Assembly: GCA_024683495.1 (NCBI GenBank) | Contig: JAIKYF010000021.1 | Span: 1 to 41,651 of the forward strand | Direction of reading: 5' to 3' | DNA from: Bacilli bacterium | Lineage (GTDB): Bacteria; Bacillota_I; Bacilli_A; RFN20; CAG-826 | Length of the DNA stretch: 41,651 nt | In this document: in pieces, positions 1-6,510 of the stretch | Position numbering within the stretch: the first letter of the stretch is position 1 | Layout of the letters: every line of letters begins with the position of its first letter | Program-made: the position numbers and the translations under genes | The notes under the pieces: model-generated | The model's input: only the letters and a program-made list of their open reading frames with translations | Told to the model about the DNA's origin: nothing | Database searches by the model: none

Positions 1-59
1 TCGTAAAACAAATCCTTTCTCAACAGGAGGAAGAACATGAGAAGGCTAAGAAAATATAA
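1..59 (+). CDS. 3' end of an upstream gene, probably the ABC ATP-binding subunit (partial)
   Basis: Frame from nt 3 reads VKQILSQQEEEHEKAKKI* (TAA 57-59) and overlaps the permease start. The product is inferred only from context. Confidence 0.45.
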   Translation, partial: VKQILSQQEEEHEKAKKI

Positions 60-876
60 GCCGTTTGTTCGTGCCTCAGCCATTGATATGATGGCGTATC
101 GTTTTAATATTTTGACATGGGCGATAGTTACTGTTGCGGAAGTTGCTTGTCTAGTTTTCTTATGGCTCGCTGTTTATCAAAGCAGTGAGGGTGGGATTAA
201 TGCTTCTATTAATGGATTTACATATAAGGAAATGATTTCCTATGTTGTCTTAACAACGATATTTGGATTCGTCACTTTTAACGACGATACTATGTGGTAT
301 ATCAATCGAGACATTAGACAAGGAACAATAGGTAATTTCTTAATCAAGCCCATTTCATATCGAGGTAAGTTCATCGCATCAAACATTGGGGCGTTTTCAA
401 TGATGTCGCTTGTGTTTGGTATCCCTCTATATGCAGCTGGTTTAGGAACACTCATCGGAATTGGGTTTTTACCTGTACCATCTGTTTGGGATTTCATTGC
501 CCATTTCGGTTTATTCTTGATCGCTAGTGTTCTCGCTTGTTTATTAAATGGGGCTATTTCTTATTTATTTGGGATATTGTGTTTCTATACCACCGCGGCG
601 TGGGGACTTAATTCATTGAAGACAACAGTGATTTCGTTCTTGTCTGGTACGTTATTGCCTATCGCTTTCTTTCCAAATGTCTTCCGTGAAATTGTCTCTT
701 ATATGCCCTTTGCAGGCATGAGTCAAAACCCAATATTAATATTGATGATGAAATATAGTTATTTGGAATGTGCTAAAGTGCTTCTAATATCTTTCGTTTG
801 GCTAGTTTTATTGGAACTACTTGGCAAACTACTTTTCAATCACGCGATAAAACTCGTCACGGTGCAGGGAGGATAA
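37..876 (+). CDS. ABC-2 family transporter permease (DUF990/ABC2_membrane_6-like)
   Basis: 279 aa multi-TM protein with 'DIRQGTIGNFLIKPISY', 'FLSGTLLPIAFFP' and C-terminal 'VQGG', typical of this family. RBS AGGAGG precedes it. Confidence 0.85.
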   Translation: MRRLRKYKPFVRASAIDMMAYRFNILTWAIVTVAEVACLVFLWLAVYQSSEGGINASINGFTYKEMISYVVLTTIFGFVTFNDDTMWYINRDIRQGTIGNFLIKPISYRGKFIASNIGAFSMMSLVFGIPLYAAGLGTLIGIGFLPVPSVWDFIAHFGLFLIASVLACLLNGAISYLFGILCFYTTAAWGLNSLKTTVISFLSGTLLPIAFFPNVFREIVSYMPFAGMSQNPILILMMKYSYLECAKVLLISFVWLVLLELLGKLLFNHAIKLVTVQGG

Positions 877-877
877 T

Positions 878-1669
878 ATGAGATATATCAAACTTTATTT
901 CACCTGTATCAAACGTAGCGTGATGTCCAGACTGGAATACAAAAGGGACTCGATTATTTCTATTCTTTCCTTCTTGATTTCTAACGCTTGTTCGCTTTGT
1001 TCTATCTACTTTATTTTGCAAGCAATTCCTTCATTAAAAGGCTATACCACTGCAGAAGTCGGCTTTTTTTACGGATTTTCAATGCTTCCTATAGCAATAG
1101 ACCATTTGTTCAGCGATGAATTTTGGTTAGTAGCTTACCGCCGCGTTCAACTAGGAGATATGGACCGTCACTTCTTACGTCCTGTTCCAGTTATTTTCCA
1201 AATGTTTGCGGAAACATTCCAACCAGATGGATTTGGTGAGGTTATTGTTGGCATCACAATGATTGTCATCTGTGGATTGAATTTACAGGTAGCAGTTTCC
1301 TTTGGTGCAATACTCGTTTTAAGTATTGGTGCGATCTTTGGCGCAATAATTATCACTTCATTTAAAATCGCTATTTCATCTTTAGCGTTTATCTTCAAAC
1401 GCAGTGGACCACTACTTCAAATCATTTATAACTTCACTATATATGCAAAATATCCGATTGCTATTTACCCGTATGCAATCCGCTTTATTTTGATTTTTAT
1501 CTTACCGTTTGGATTATTTATTTCCTTACCAGTTGATACATTGCTTTATGGAACTTATAACCCATACTTATTAAGTTTGATCATTGTTGGTGCATCGATC
1601 GCATTCTTTACGCTTGCTACATTTATATGGACATTATGCGCGAGACGATACGAATCAACAGGATCTTAA
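878..1669 (+). CDS. ABC-2 family transporter permease (second subunit)
   Basis: 263 aa multi-TM protein with 'GDMDRHFLRP', 'YPIAIYP' and C-terminal 'RRYESTGS'. Confidence 0.85.
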   Translation: MRYIKLYFTCIKRSVMSRLEYKRDSIISILSFLISNACSLCSIYFILQAIPSLKGYTTAEVGFFYGFSMLPIAIDHLFSDEFWLVAYRRVQLGDMDRHFLRPVPVIFQMFAETFQPDGFGEVIVGITMIVICGLNLQVAVSFGAILVLSIGAIFGAIIITSFKIAISSLAFIFKRSGPLLQIIYNFTIYAKYPIAIYPYAIRFILIFILPFGLFISLPVDTLLYGTYNPYLLSLIIVGASIAFFTLATFIWTLCARRYESTGS

Positions 1670-1677
1670 TTGATATT

Positions 1678-1701
1678 AAAAAAGTCGCCCGGATGGACGA
1701 G
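1678..1701 (-). terminator. Intrinsic terminator in cassette end
   Basis: Minus strand TCGTCC-ATCC-GGGCGA-C-TTTTTT. Confidence 0.6.
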
Positions 1702-1818
1702 TTAATTTACATTGATCTTAGCCTTAATTCAGGCCTTGTCATATGTGTCGACTAATTGTCGTGCTAGGAGAGTGCCTTTTGTCTCATTGAAGAGAATGGG
1801 TTTCGTCCTGCGACAAGA

Positions 1819-2154
1819 TGTGCCAAGACGACGCCAATTCTCCGAAGAAGAACAAACTCCGCTCTCTCCGACAAAGCTCACATTCGACCCGTGGGACACG
1901 GTTTCGACGACGTCTATATTTCGCTCACTTCATCACATATCGTGAGACGTGAACTGACCGGGGGCTAGCCAGAACGCGTTATATCCAGATATATAAAGTA
2001 GCTTCGACGTCGATGGTTTCTGATAGTTCCAGGACGAGGGACGGACGAGCATGAAAAAAACCGCCCACGAGGGACGGTCTAATTCGCTTTTGCTTCGTGC
2101 GTCGGGGAGAACGATCTTCGTATGAATGAGGAGAATTGCTCTCGTCCTGACACA
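1819..2154. mobile_element. Empty mini-element (MITE-like, 336 bp) with TGT...ACA ends, copy 1
   Basis: Starts TGTGCCAAGACGACGCCAATTCTCC and ends GAGAATTGCTCTCGTCCTGACACA (imperfect terminal inverted repeats with 24-bp internal periodicity). ~1952-2154 is nearly identical to ~4972-5172. Confidence 0.85.
2054..2080 (-). terminator. Intrinsic terminator in mini-element end
   Basis: Minus strand GACCGTCC-CTCGT-GGGCGGTT-TTTTT. Confidence 0.7.
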
Positions 2155-2289
2155 TTTGCTGTAATCATCCAAACCCAGTTTTCCTGATTCGTCCAAATTT
2201 CGCTTTCCCCGAAAAGAGCCTCCGCCAGTTGTCTAATTTTGCCACGACTACTTCGACGATATGCAAAAAACACTTGATATAGTTCTACA

Positions 2290-2312
2290 TGCTATAATAA
2301 TGGTTATAGGAG
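2290..2312 (+). promoter_or_regulatory. Extended -10 promoter and RBS of the cassette gene
   Basis: TGcTATAAT at 2290-2298 and AGGAG at 2308-2312, with ATG at 2320. Confidence 0.6.
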
Positions 2313-2319
2313 CATCTAT

Positions 2320-3243
2320 ATGAAGACATATTGTGGAGACTGCAAAAAAGCATTAGATCAAGGCGATCGTTTTTGCCGTTATTGTGGATCTAGCAGGATC
2401 ATAATTGAAAAGGACGAGGAAGCACCTTCTTTTGAAATTAACGGAGATACCTTAGAAACGTACAATAGTGGCTATAGCCATGCATTCAAGGATATACGCT
2501 TATATTTATTTCATTGCCTTGACCATACTTTAGAAAAAAGTGAATTTTTTGATACCATGAAAAAGATAGAAAGGGATGACCTTTCTTCATGGAAACGAGA
2601 GTTATCGGACACTTGGAAACAAATGACTGCATTAGTTATCCCACAATCGGTTAAACGGATTGATATTGAGAGAAAATTTAGCGATTTTTCTATTTTCTAT
2701 AGTATCTCAATCCATCCTGATGTCCATTTTTTTAATTTCTGGCCCTCTCATCAGACTTATATCGGATACATTAATATCCCTCCTAAAACAGAAATAAAGA
2801 AAGTCGGCCAAATCATCGCATACGAATTAAAAATAGATGAGGGGCGTACAGTGTATGATATTGGTAACTACTATGATACTTTGGTTAACAGAATTGTGCT
2901 TCCTAAAACACTTAAACAATTGTTATGCAAAGAACCTCATTATATGCAAATTAATAGTACTTGTGAGATAAACATACCAAGTAGCGTTGATTATATTGAT
3001 ATTGAAATGTTTTCGTGTTGGAGCATTGGAAAAGTGTTCTATGATGGAACGAAGTATAAATTTAAAAGTATATTACATTTTACTGAATTACCGTTTAATT
3101 CGTTTGATTTGCAAGAATTTACTCCAAATGTCGTAATACATTGCACTGATGGTGATTTAAGATTAAGGATTATTAGAAAAGAAGATAAAATGAAAAAAAT
3201 TGAACCACTTAATAAAAGCAATAGTATTGTCGAATTTTATTAA
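2320..3243 (+). CDS. Zinc-ribbon protein with degenerate BspA-type leucine-rich repeats
   Basis: N-terminal CGDC..CRYC. Repeats LVIPQSVKRI, INIPPKTEI, IVLPKTLKQL and INIPSSVDYI, plus a 'FYDGT...IHCTDG' tail, resemble BspA/LRR_5 proteins. Confidence 0.6.
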   Translation: MKTYCGDCKKALDQGDRFCRYCGSSRIIIEKDEEAPSFEINGDTLETYNSGYSHAFKDIRLYLFHCLDHTLEKSEFFDTMKKIERDDLSSWKRELSDTWKQMTALVIPQSVKRIDIERKFSDFSIFYSISIHPDVHFFNFWPSHQTYIGYINIPPKTEIKKVGQIIAYELKIDEGRTVYDIGNYYDTLVNRIVLPKTLKQLLCKEPHYMQINSTCEINIPSSVDYIDIEMFSCWSIGKVFYDGTKYKFKSILHFTELPFNSFDLQEFTPNVVIHCTDGDLRLRIIRKEDKMKKIEPLNKSNSIVEFY

Positions 3244-3259
3244 GTTAGTATCTTGCGGT

Positions 3260-3286
3260 AAAAAAGCCGCCCATTATGGACGACTT
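3260..3286 (-). terminator. Intrinsic terminator in cassette end
   Basis: Minus strand AGTCGTCCA-TAA-TGGGCGGCT-TTTTT. Confidence 0.7.
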
Positions 3287-3403
3287 AATTTACATTGATC
3301 TTAGCCTTAATTCAGGCCTTGTCATATGTGTCGACTAATTGTCGTGCTAGGAGAGTGCCTTTTGTCTCATTGAAGATAATTGCTCTCGTCCTGACACAAC
3401 AGA

Positions 3404-3582
3404 GTTATCTCACGATAGGCTCACATATCCCGCTTGGGGCAAGGATTCGCATCCTCCCTCCGAAGCCGTTCCATCCCCTGCCGCCACGTCATCGGCGCCG
3501 GGTCCGAGGAAATCCTTTGTATAAATACAAAAGACGCCTCTTTCGAGACGCCTGATGTGTTTGCGTTTGCCGTTGCGCCCAG
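3404..3582. mobile_element. Degenerate or truncated element remnant between two cassettes
   Basis: GC-rich stretch with TCTCACGATAGGCTCACAT (cf. TCTCTCCGACAAAGCTCACAT in the 1819 left end) and the same type of minus-strand terminator (3529-3553), but no TGT/ACA termini. Confidence 0.4.
3529..3553 (-). terminator. Intrinsic terminator in remnant
   Basis: Minus strand AGGCGTCTC-GAAA-GAGGCGTCT-TTT. Confidence 0.65.
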
Positions 3583-3828
3583 GTTACTGTGCCAAGACGA
3601 CGCACATTCTCTCCGAAAGGACGAACTTCGCTCTCTCCGTCGAAGCCCATATTCGACCCGTGGGGTGCGATTCGGAGGACGCCTAACATTTGCCAGCCAA
3701 AACTACGATCGTGCGACGTGGGCCAGATTGTTTAACTCTTCTAAATAAATACATACAATTTTAATGTCATTTTTATCTGGACATAAAATTAACTCTCGAA
3801 TTTAGATAGAAAACAAGCCCGAATTCTT

Positions 3829-4629
3829 TTATCTGGATGTGGTTCGAATTCTATTTAATAATTCGCTGTACTTGCTAATTGCATTGTTTGCTATTTCGAT
3901 AACACGAAATAATTCATTAACCAAATCAGGTTCAAAAACAAATTCAATAAATCTTTCTTTAGGTTGTGTATTTTCCACTCTAGCACATAAATCAACAAAC
4001 AATTTATCAATCGTTTCTATGTCTTTTTTTAGTAACGGTACAGCTTCAACAGCAAGATGTCTTAAAGGATAGCAACTTCCATAGTTAGCAATACCACGTA
4101 ACTCGTCAAGATAATATTTTAATTTATCTTTAACCTTACGGTTTTTTTGTCGCAAAATTTGGGGGTCATCAAAACAAAAGAAATGATCCCATAAATAGAA
4201 ATTATAAAATTTGTTTTCGAAAAGATGATAGTAATGCTCTAATCTATGCTCGCACTCTTGTTTAATTTTATAAAGATTTTCTTTATTGTCTAATAGTTTT
4301 TTGATGTACTCACACTCGCGTTCAACTTCATCGATAATTCTTTTAACACCATACTCACCTTCAAAACGACGATATTTAGAAATTAGTAAATTCACTTTTT
4401 CGACAAGCTCTTTTTTTGCTGAATAATAGTCTGATGCAGAATAAGTTCTTTCGTAAAGCTCTTTTTGACGTTCCAATTCTTCTTGCTCTTTTAATTTTTG
4501 ACGTTTCAATTCTTCTTGCTCTTTTAAATATATAGGGTTATCTACTAAAGGAGTGCCACAAAAAGAACAATATAAATGATCTATATCATACTCTTTTTGA
4601 CATTTTGGACACATCTTAGGTTTGCTCAT
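3829..4629 (-). CDS. Zinc-ribbon/coiled-coil hypothetical protein
   Basis: 266 aa with N-terminal CPKC..CSFC, a tandem LKEQEEL(K/E)RQK coiled-coil repeat and a helical remainder. Very AT-rich. Confidence 0.7.
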   Translation of the reverse strand: MSKPKMCPKCQKEYDIDHLYCSFCGTPLVDNPIYLKEQEELKRQKLKEQEELERQKELYERTYSASDYYSAKKELVEKVNLLISKYRRFEGEYGVKRIIDEVERECEYIKKLLDNKENLYKIKQECEHRLEHYYHLFENKFYNFYLWDHFFCFDDPQILRQKNRKVKDKLKYYLDELRGIANYGSCYPLRHLAVEAVPLLKKDIETIDKLFVDLCARVENTQPKERFIEFVFEPDLVNELFRVIEIANNAISKYSELLNRIRTTSR

Positions 4630-4635
4630 AATATC

Positions 4636-4664
4636 ATAATAGTATTAACTATTTTTTTATGCAA
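4636..4664 (-). promoter_or_regulatory. Sigma-A promoter, probably leaderless, for ORF 3829-4629
   Basis: TTGCAT (4664-4659), 17 bp, TATTAT (4641-4636), then 6 nt to ATG with no SD. Confidence 0.55.
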
Positions 4665-4691
4665 TACGCTGACAAAAAGATAACAAAGAAG

Positions 4692-4717
4692 AAAAAAGAC
4701 GCCCATCAAGGACGCCT
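4692..4717 (-). terminator. Intrinsic terminator in cassette end
   Basis: Minus strand AGGCGTCC-TTGAT-GGGCGTCT-TTTTT. Confidence 0.7.
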
Positions 4718-4838
4718 AATTTTACTTCATAGAATATCTGCTAGTTCCTAGCCAACTAGATAATCTTAATTAATGCTCTGTCGAGGGAAGTCGTTTTTGT
4801 CCAACTGAGGGAATCAACGACTGTCCAACAACAATATC

Positions 4839-5172
4839 TGTGCCATGACGACGCCCATTCTCTCCGAAAGGACGAACTTCGCTCTCTCCGTCGAAGCCCA
4901 TATTCGACCCGTGGGACGCGATTCGGAGGACGCCTAGCATTTGCCAGCCAAAACTACGATCGTGCGACGTGGACTGACCGGGGCTAGCCAGAACGCGTTA
5001 TATACAGATATATAAAGTAGCTTCGACGTCGATGGTTTCTGATAGTTCCAGGATGAGGGACGGACGAGCATGAAAAAACCGCCCACGAGGGACGGTCTAA
5101 TTCGCTTTTGCTTCGTGCGTCGGGGAGAACGATCTTCGTCTCGTTGGAGAGAATTGCTCTCGTCCTGACACA
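4839..5172. mobile_element. Empty mini-element (334 bp), copy 2, abutting the rpsR stop codon
   Basis: TGTGCCATGACGACGCCCATTCTCTCC...GAGAATTGCTCTCGTCCTGACACA. The left ~134 bp are nearly identical to 3588-3721 and the rest to copy 1. It ends 7 bp from the rpsR TAA. Confidence 0.85.
5073..5098 (-). terminator. Intrinsic terminator in mini-element; likely terminates rpsF-ssb-rpsR
   Basis: Minus strand GACCGTCC-CTCGT-GGGCGGTT-TTTT, the first such hairpin after the rpsR stop. Confidence 0.75.
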
Positions 5173-5179
5173 CAAGAGT

Positions 5180-5410
5180 TTATCTTTGTCCAGGTTCTGG
5201 GAGAAGAGCCATGAAACGAGCATTTTTGATCGCTCTGGCGAGTTGTCTTTGATACTTCGCAGAGGTTCCAGTGACGGAACGTGGGGTGATCTTCCCATCA
5301 GCATTGATATACTTTTTGAGAAGTTCAACGTCCTTGTAGTCAATATATTTGACTTTGTTCTTAGTGAAGTAGCAGACCTTCTTCCTGGGTCTCATTTTCT
5401 TGAAAGCCAT
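5180..5410 (-). CDS. rpsR: 30S ribosomal protein S18
   Basis: '[46 protein letters not shown]'; follows ssb. Confidence 0.98.
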   Translation of the reverse strand: MAFKKMRPRKKVCYFTKNKVKYIDYKDVELLKKYINADGKITPRSVTGTSAKYQRQLARAIKNARFMALLPEPGQR

Positions 5411-5425
5411 TGTTGATTATCCTTT

Positions 5426-5896
5426 CTATTCAAAGTCTGGAAGATCGTCGTCGAGAGTATCGATGGTGTCCATATTGGACGAAGATTCAGGCTGAACTTG
5501 GCTGGTGACGCCTGGCGCTGGACGATCGGGGCGGAAATCATTTCCACCTTCATTAGCGCGGGGTGTAGTGTCTTTTGGATCGAGGAAATAGAAATTATCG
5601 ATAATCGTTTCGATTGTGGTCATTTCGATGCCGTCGGTCTGACGGATATATTTTCTCTGACTCAAACGTCCTTCAACAGCGACGCGAGTTCCTTTATGGA
5701 GACTGGCTCTAGCAAGTTCTGCTTTTTGTCCAAACGTAACACACCTCATATACAAAGGCGGGTTCGAAGTGCCGTCGGAATTTTTCTTATAATCATTAAC
5801 CGCAATGGTGAAGTTAGTGATTGTGAGCTCAGGTGAAGGTTTTCTGGTCTCTGGCTCACGGGTAAGATTCCCAATAAGGATTACACGGTTCAACAT
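5426..5896 (-). CDS. ssb: Single-stranded DNA-binding protein
   Basis: 'MLNRVILIGNLTREPE', 'VAVEGRL' and an acidic tail DDDLPDFE; lies between rpsF and rpsR. Confidence 0.97.
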   Translation of the reverse strand: MLNRVILIGNLTREPETRKPSPELTITNFTIAVNDYKKNSDGTSNPPLYMRCVTFGQKAELARASLHKGTRVAVEGRLSQRKYIRQTDGIEMTTIETIIDNFYFLDPKDTTPRANEGGNDFRPDRPAPGVTSQVQPESSSNMDTIDTLDDDLPDFE

Positions 5897-5926
5897 AGTT
5901 TAGATCCTCCAATTAATTGTCGTTGC

Positions 5927-6211
5927 TTAGTCTTGATCGACAGTGATCAAGTGACGAAGAACGTTGTTATCAAGTTTCGCTAAACGATCAAATTCGTTGA
6001 GAGCTTCTTCGGCAGTCACTTTGAGAATGACATAGTAGCCTTTGCTCTGCTTTTTGATCGGGTAAGCCAACTCTTTGACGCCCCACTCCTCGGTCTTGGT
6101 GACCTTAGCCTTGTTGTCTTCAAGGATCTTCTGGAGTTTGGCGATTTCATCTTTACGGGCAGCCTCGTCGAGGTTGGCGTTTAAGATGTACATGAGTTCG
6201 TATTTCTTCAT
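5927..6211 (-). CDS. rpsF: 30S ribosomal protein S6
   Basis: 'MKKYELMYIL...WGVKELAYPIKK..GYY...VLRHLI'; RBS AGGAGGTG. Confidence 0.98.
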   Translation of the reverse strand: MKKYELMYILNANLDEAARKDEIAKLQKILEDNKAKVTKTEEWGVKELAYPIKKQSKGYYVILKVTAEEALNEFDRLAKLDNNVLRHLITVDQD

Positions 6212-6217
6212 ATACTT

Positions 6218-6275
6218 ACACCTCCTAATTTGGTCTCAGGATCATATCGAATTGCACGTATGACCATAAGAGTAT
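6218..6275 (-). promoter_or_regulatory. Putative S6:S18 ribosomal protein leader RNA
   Basis: The 5' UTR CTCTTA-TGGTC-ATA...TATGAT-CCT-GA-GACCA-AATTAGGAGGTG forms a TGGTC/GACCA stem with a CC-containing internal loop next to the SD, as in Firmicutes rpsF leaders. Not confirmed by a covariance model. Confidence 0.5.
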
Positions 6276-6304
6276 GTGCTTCTACCTTCACAGAAGCGGT
6301 CATA

Positions 6305-6333
6305 ATTATATTATGAAGCTTGAGTATAATCAA
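6305..6333 (-). promoter_or_regulatory. Sigma-A promoter of the rpsF operon
   Basis: TTGATT (6333-6328), 17 bp, TATAAT (6310-6305). Confidence 0.75.
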
Positions 6334-6455
6334 TGAAGAATCCACTTTTTCATTGTCATCTCCCATCTAAGCCTGGGAGTTCAATGGCTTTATCTGCCCC
6401 CACTATATAAATGGAGGTTTTCCGCAATTTTGTTCAAAAATTCTCAAAATAAATG

Positions 6456-6486
6456 AAAACTGCCCTCGCTTATTGGAGGGCAGTTT
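6456..6486 (-). terminator. Terminator after lysS
   Basis: Inverted repeat AAACTGCCCTC...GAGGGCAGTTT. Confidence 0.75.
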
Positions 6487-6510
6487 AAGAAAATCACTGG
6501 CAAATCCCGC

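Larger units (their letters stand above)
1..1815. mobile_element. Partial transposon-like cassette carrying ABC transporter genes; only its rpsR-proximal end (1678-1815) is in the window
   Basis: The reverse complement of the end reads TGTCGCAG-GACGA-AACCCAT-TCTCTTC-AATGA-GACAA-AAGGCAC-TCTCC. 1678-~1793 is nearly identical to 3260-~3375. Confidence 0.7.
2160..3398. mobile_element. Single-gene transposon-like cassette (1239 bp) carrying ORF 2320-3243
   Basis: Diverged left end TGTAATCA-TCCAA-ACCCAGT-TTTCCTG-ATTCG-TCCAA-ATTTCGC-TTTCCCC begins exactly 5 bp after the previous ACA. Right end is ...TTGCTCTCGTCCTGACACA at 3398. Confidence 0.8.
3588..4833. mobile_element. Single-gene transposon-like cassette (1246 bp) carrying ORF 3829-4629
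   Basis: Left end TGTGCCAA-GACGA-CGCACAT-TCTCTCC-GAAAG-GACGA-ACTTCGC-TCTCTCC. Right end (revcomp) TGTTGTTG-GACAG-TCGTTGA-TTCCCTC-AGTTG-GACAA-AAACGAC-TTCCCTC. Confidence 0.85.
1814..5177. repeat. 5-bp direct repeat CAAGA (candidate target-site duplication) flanking block 1819-5172
   Basis: CAAGA at 1814-1818 directly before TGT and at 5173-5177 directly after ACA. Confidence 0.7.

Noticed and set aside
2155-4838. Individual target-site duplications for the inner cassettes
   Set aside because: The flanking 5-mers TTTGC, ACAGA, GTTAC and ATATC do not match in any pairing.
1678-5172. CRISPR array or integron attC interpretation of the repeats
   Set aside because: There are no regularly spaced identical repeats with unique spacers, and no GTTRRRY/RYYYAAC-bounded hairpins or integrase. 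The repeats are TGT/ACA-terminated inverted ends.
1712-5343. Short ORFs inside the element ends (1712-1945, 1933-2196, 2079-2273, 3295-3555, 3434-3748, 3489-3689, 4934-5173, 4984-5343)
   Set aside because: They cross element junctions and terminators, lack RBSs and recognisable motifs, and resemble each other only because the DNA is repeated.
6296-6320. dif-like site GGTCATAA-TTATA-TTATGAAGCT
   Set aside because: The central spacer is 5 rather than 6 bp, the XerD arm is poor, and it coincides with the rpsF -10 box.
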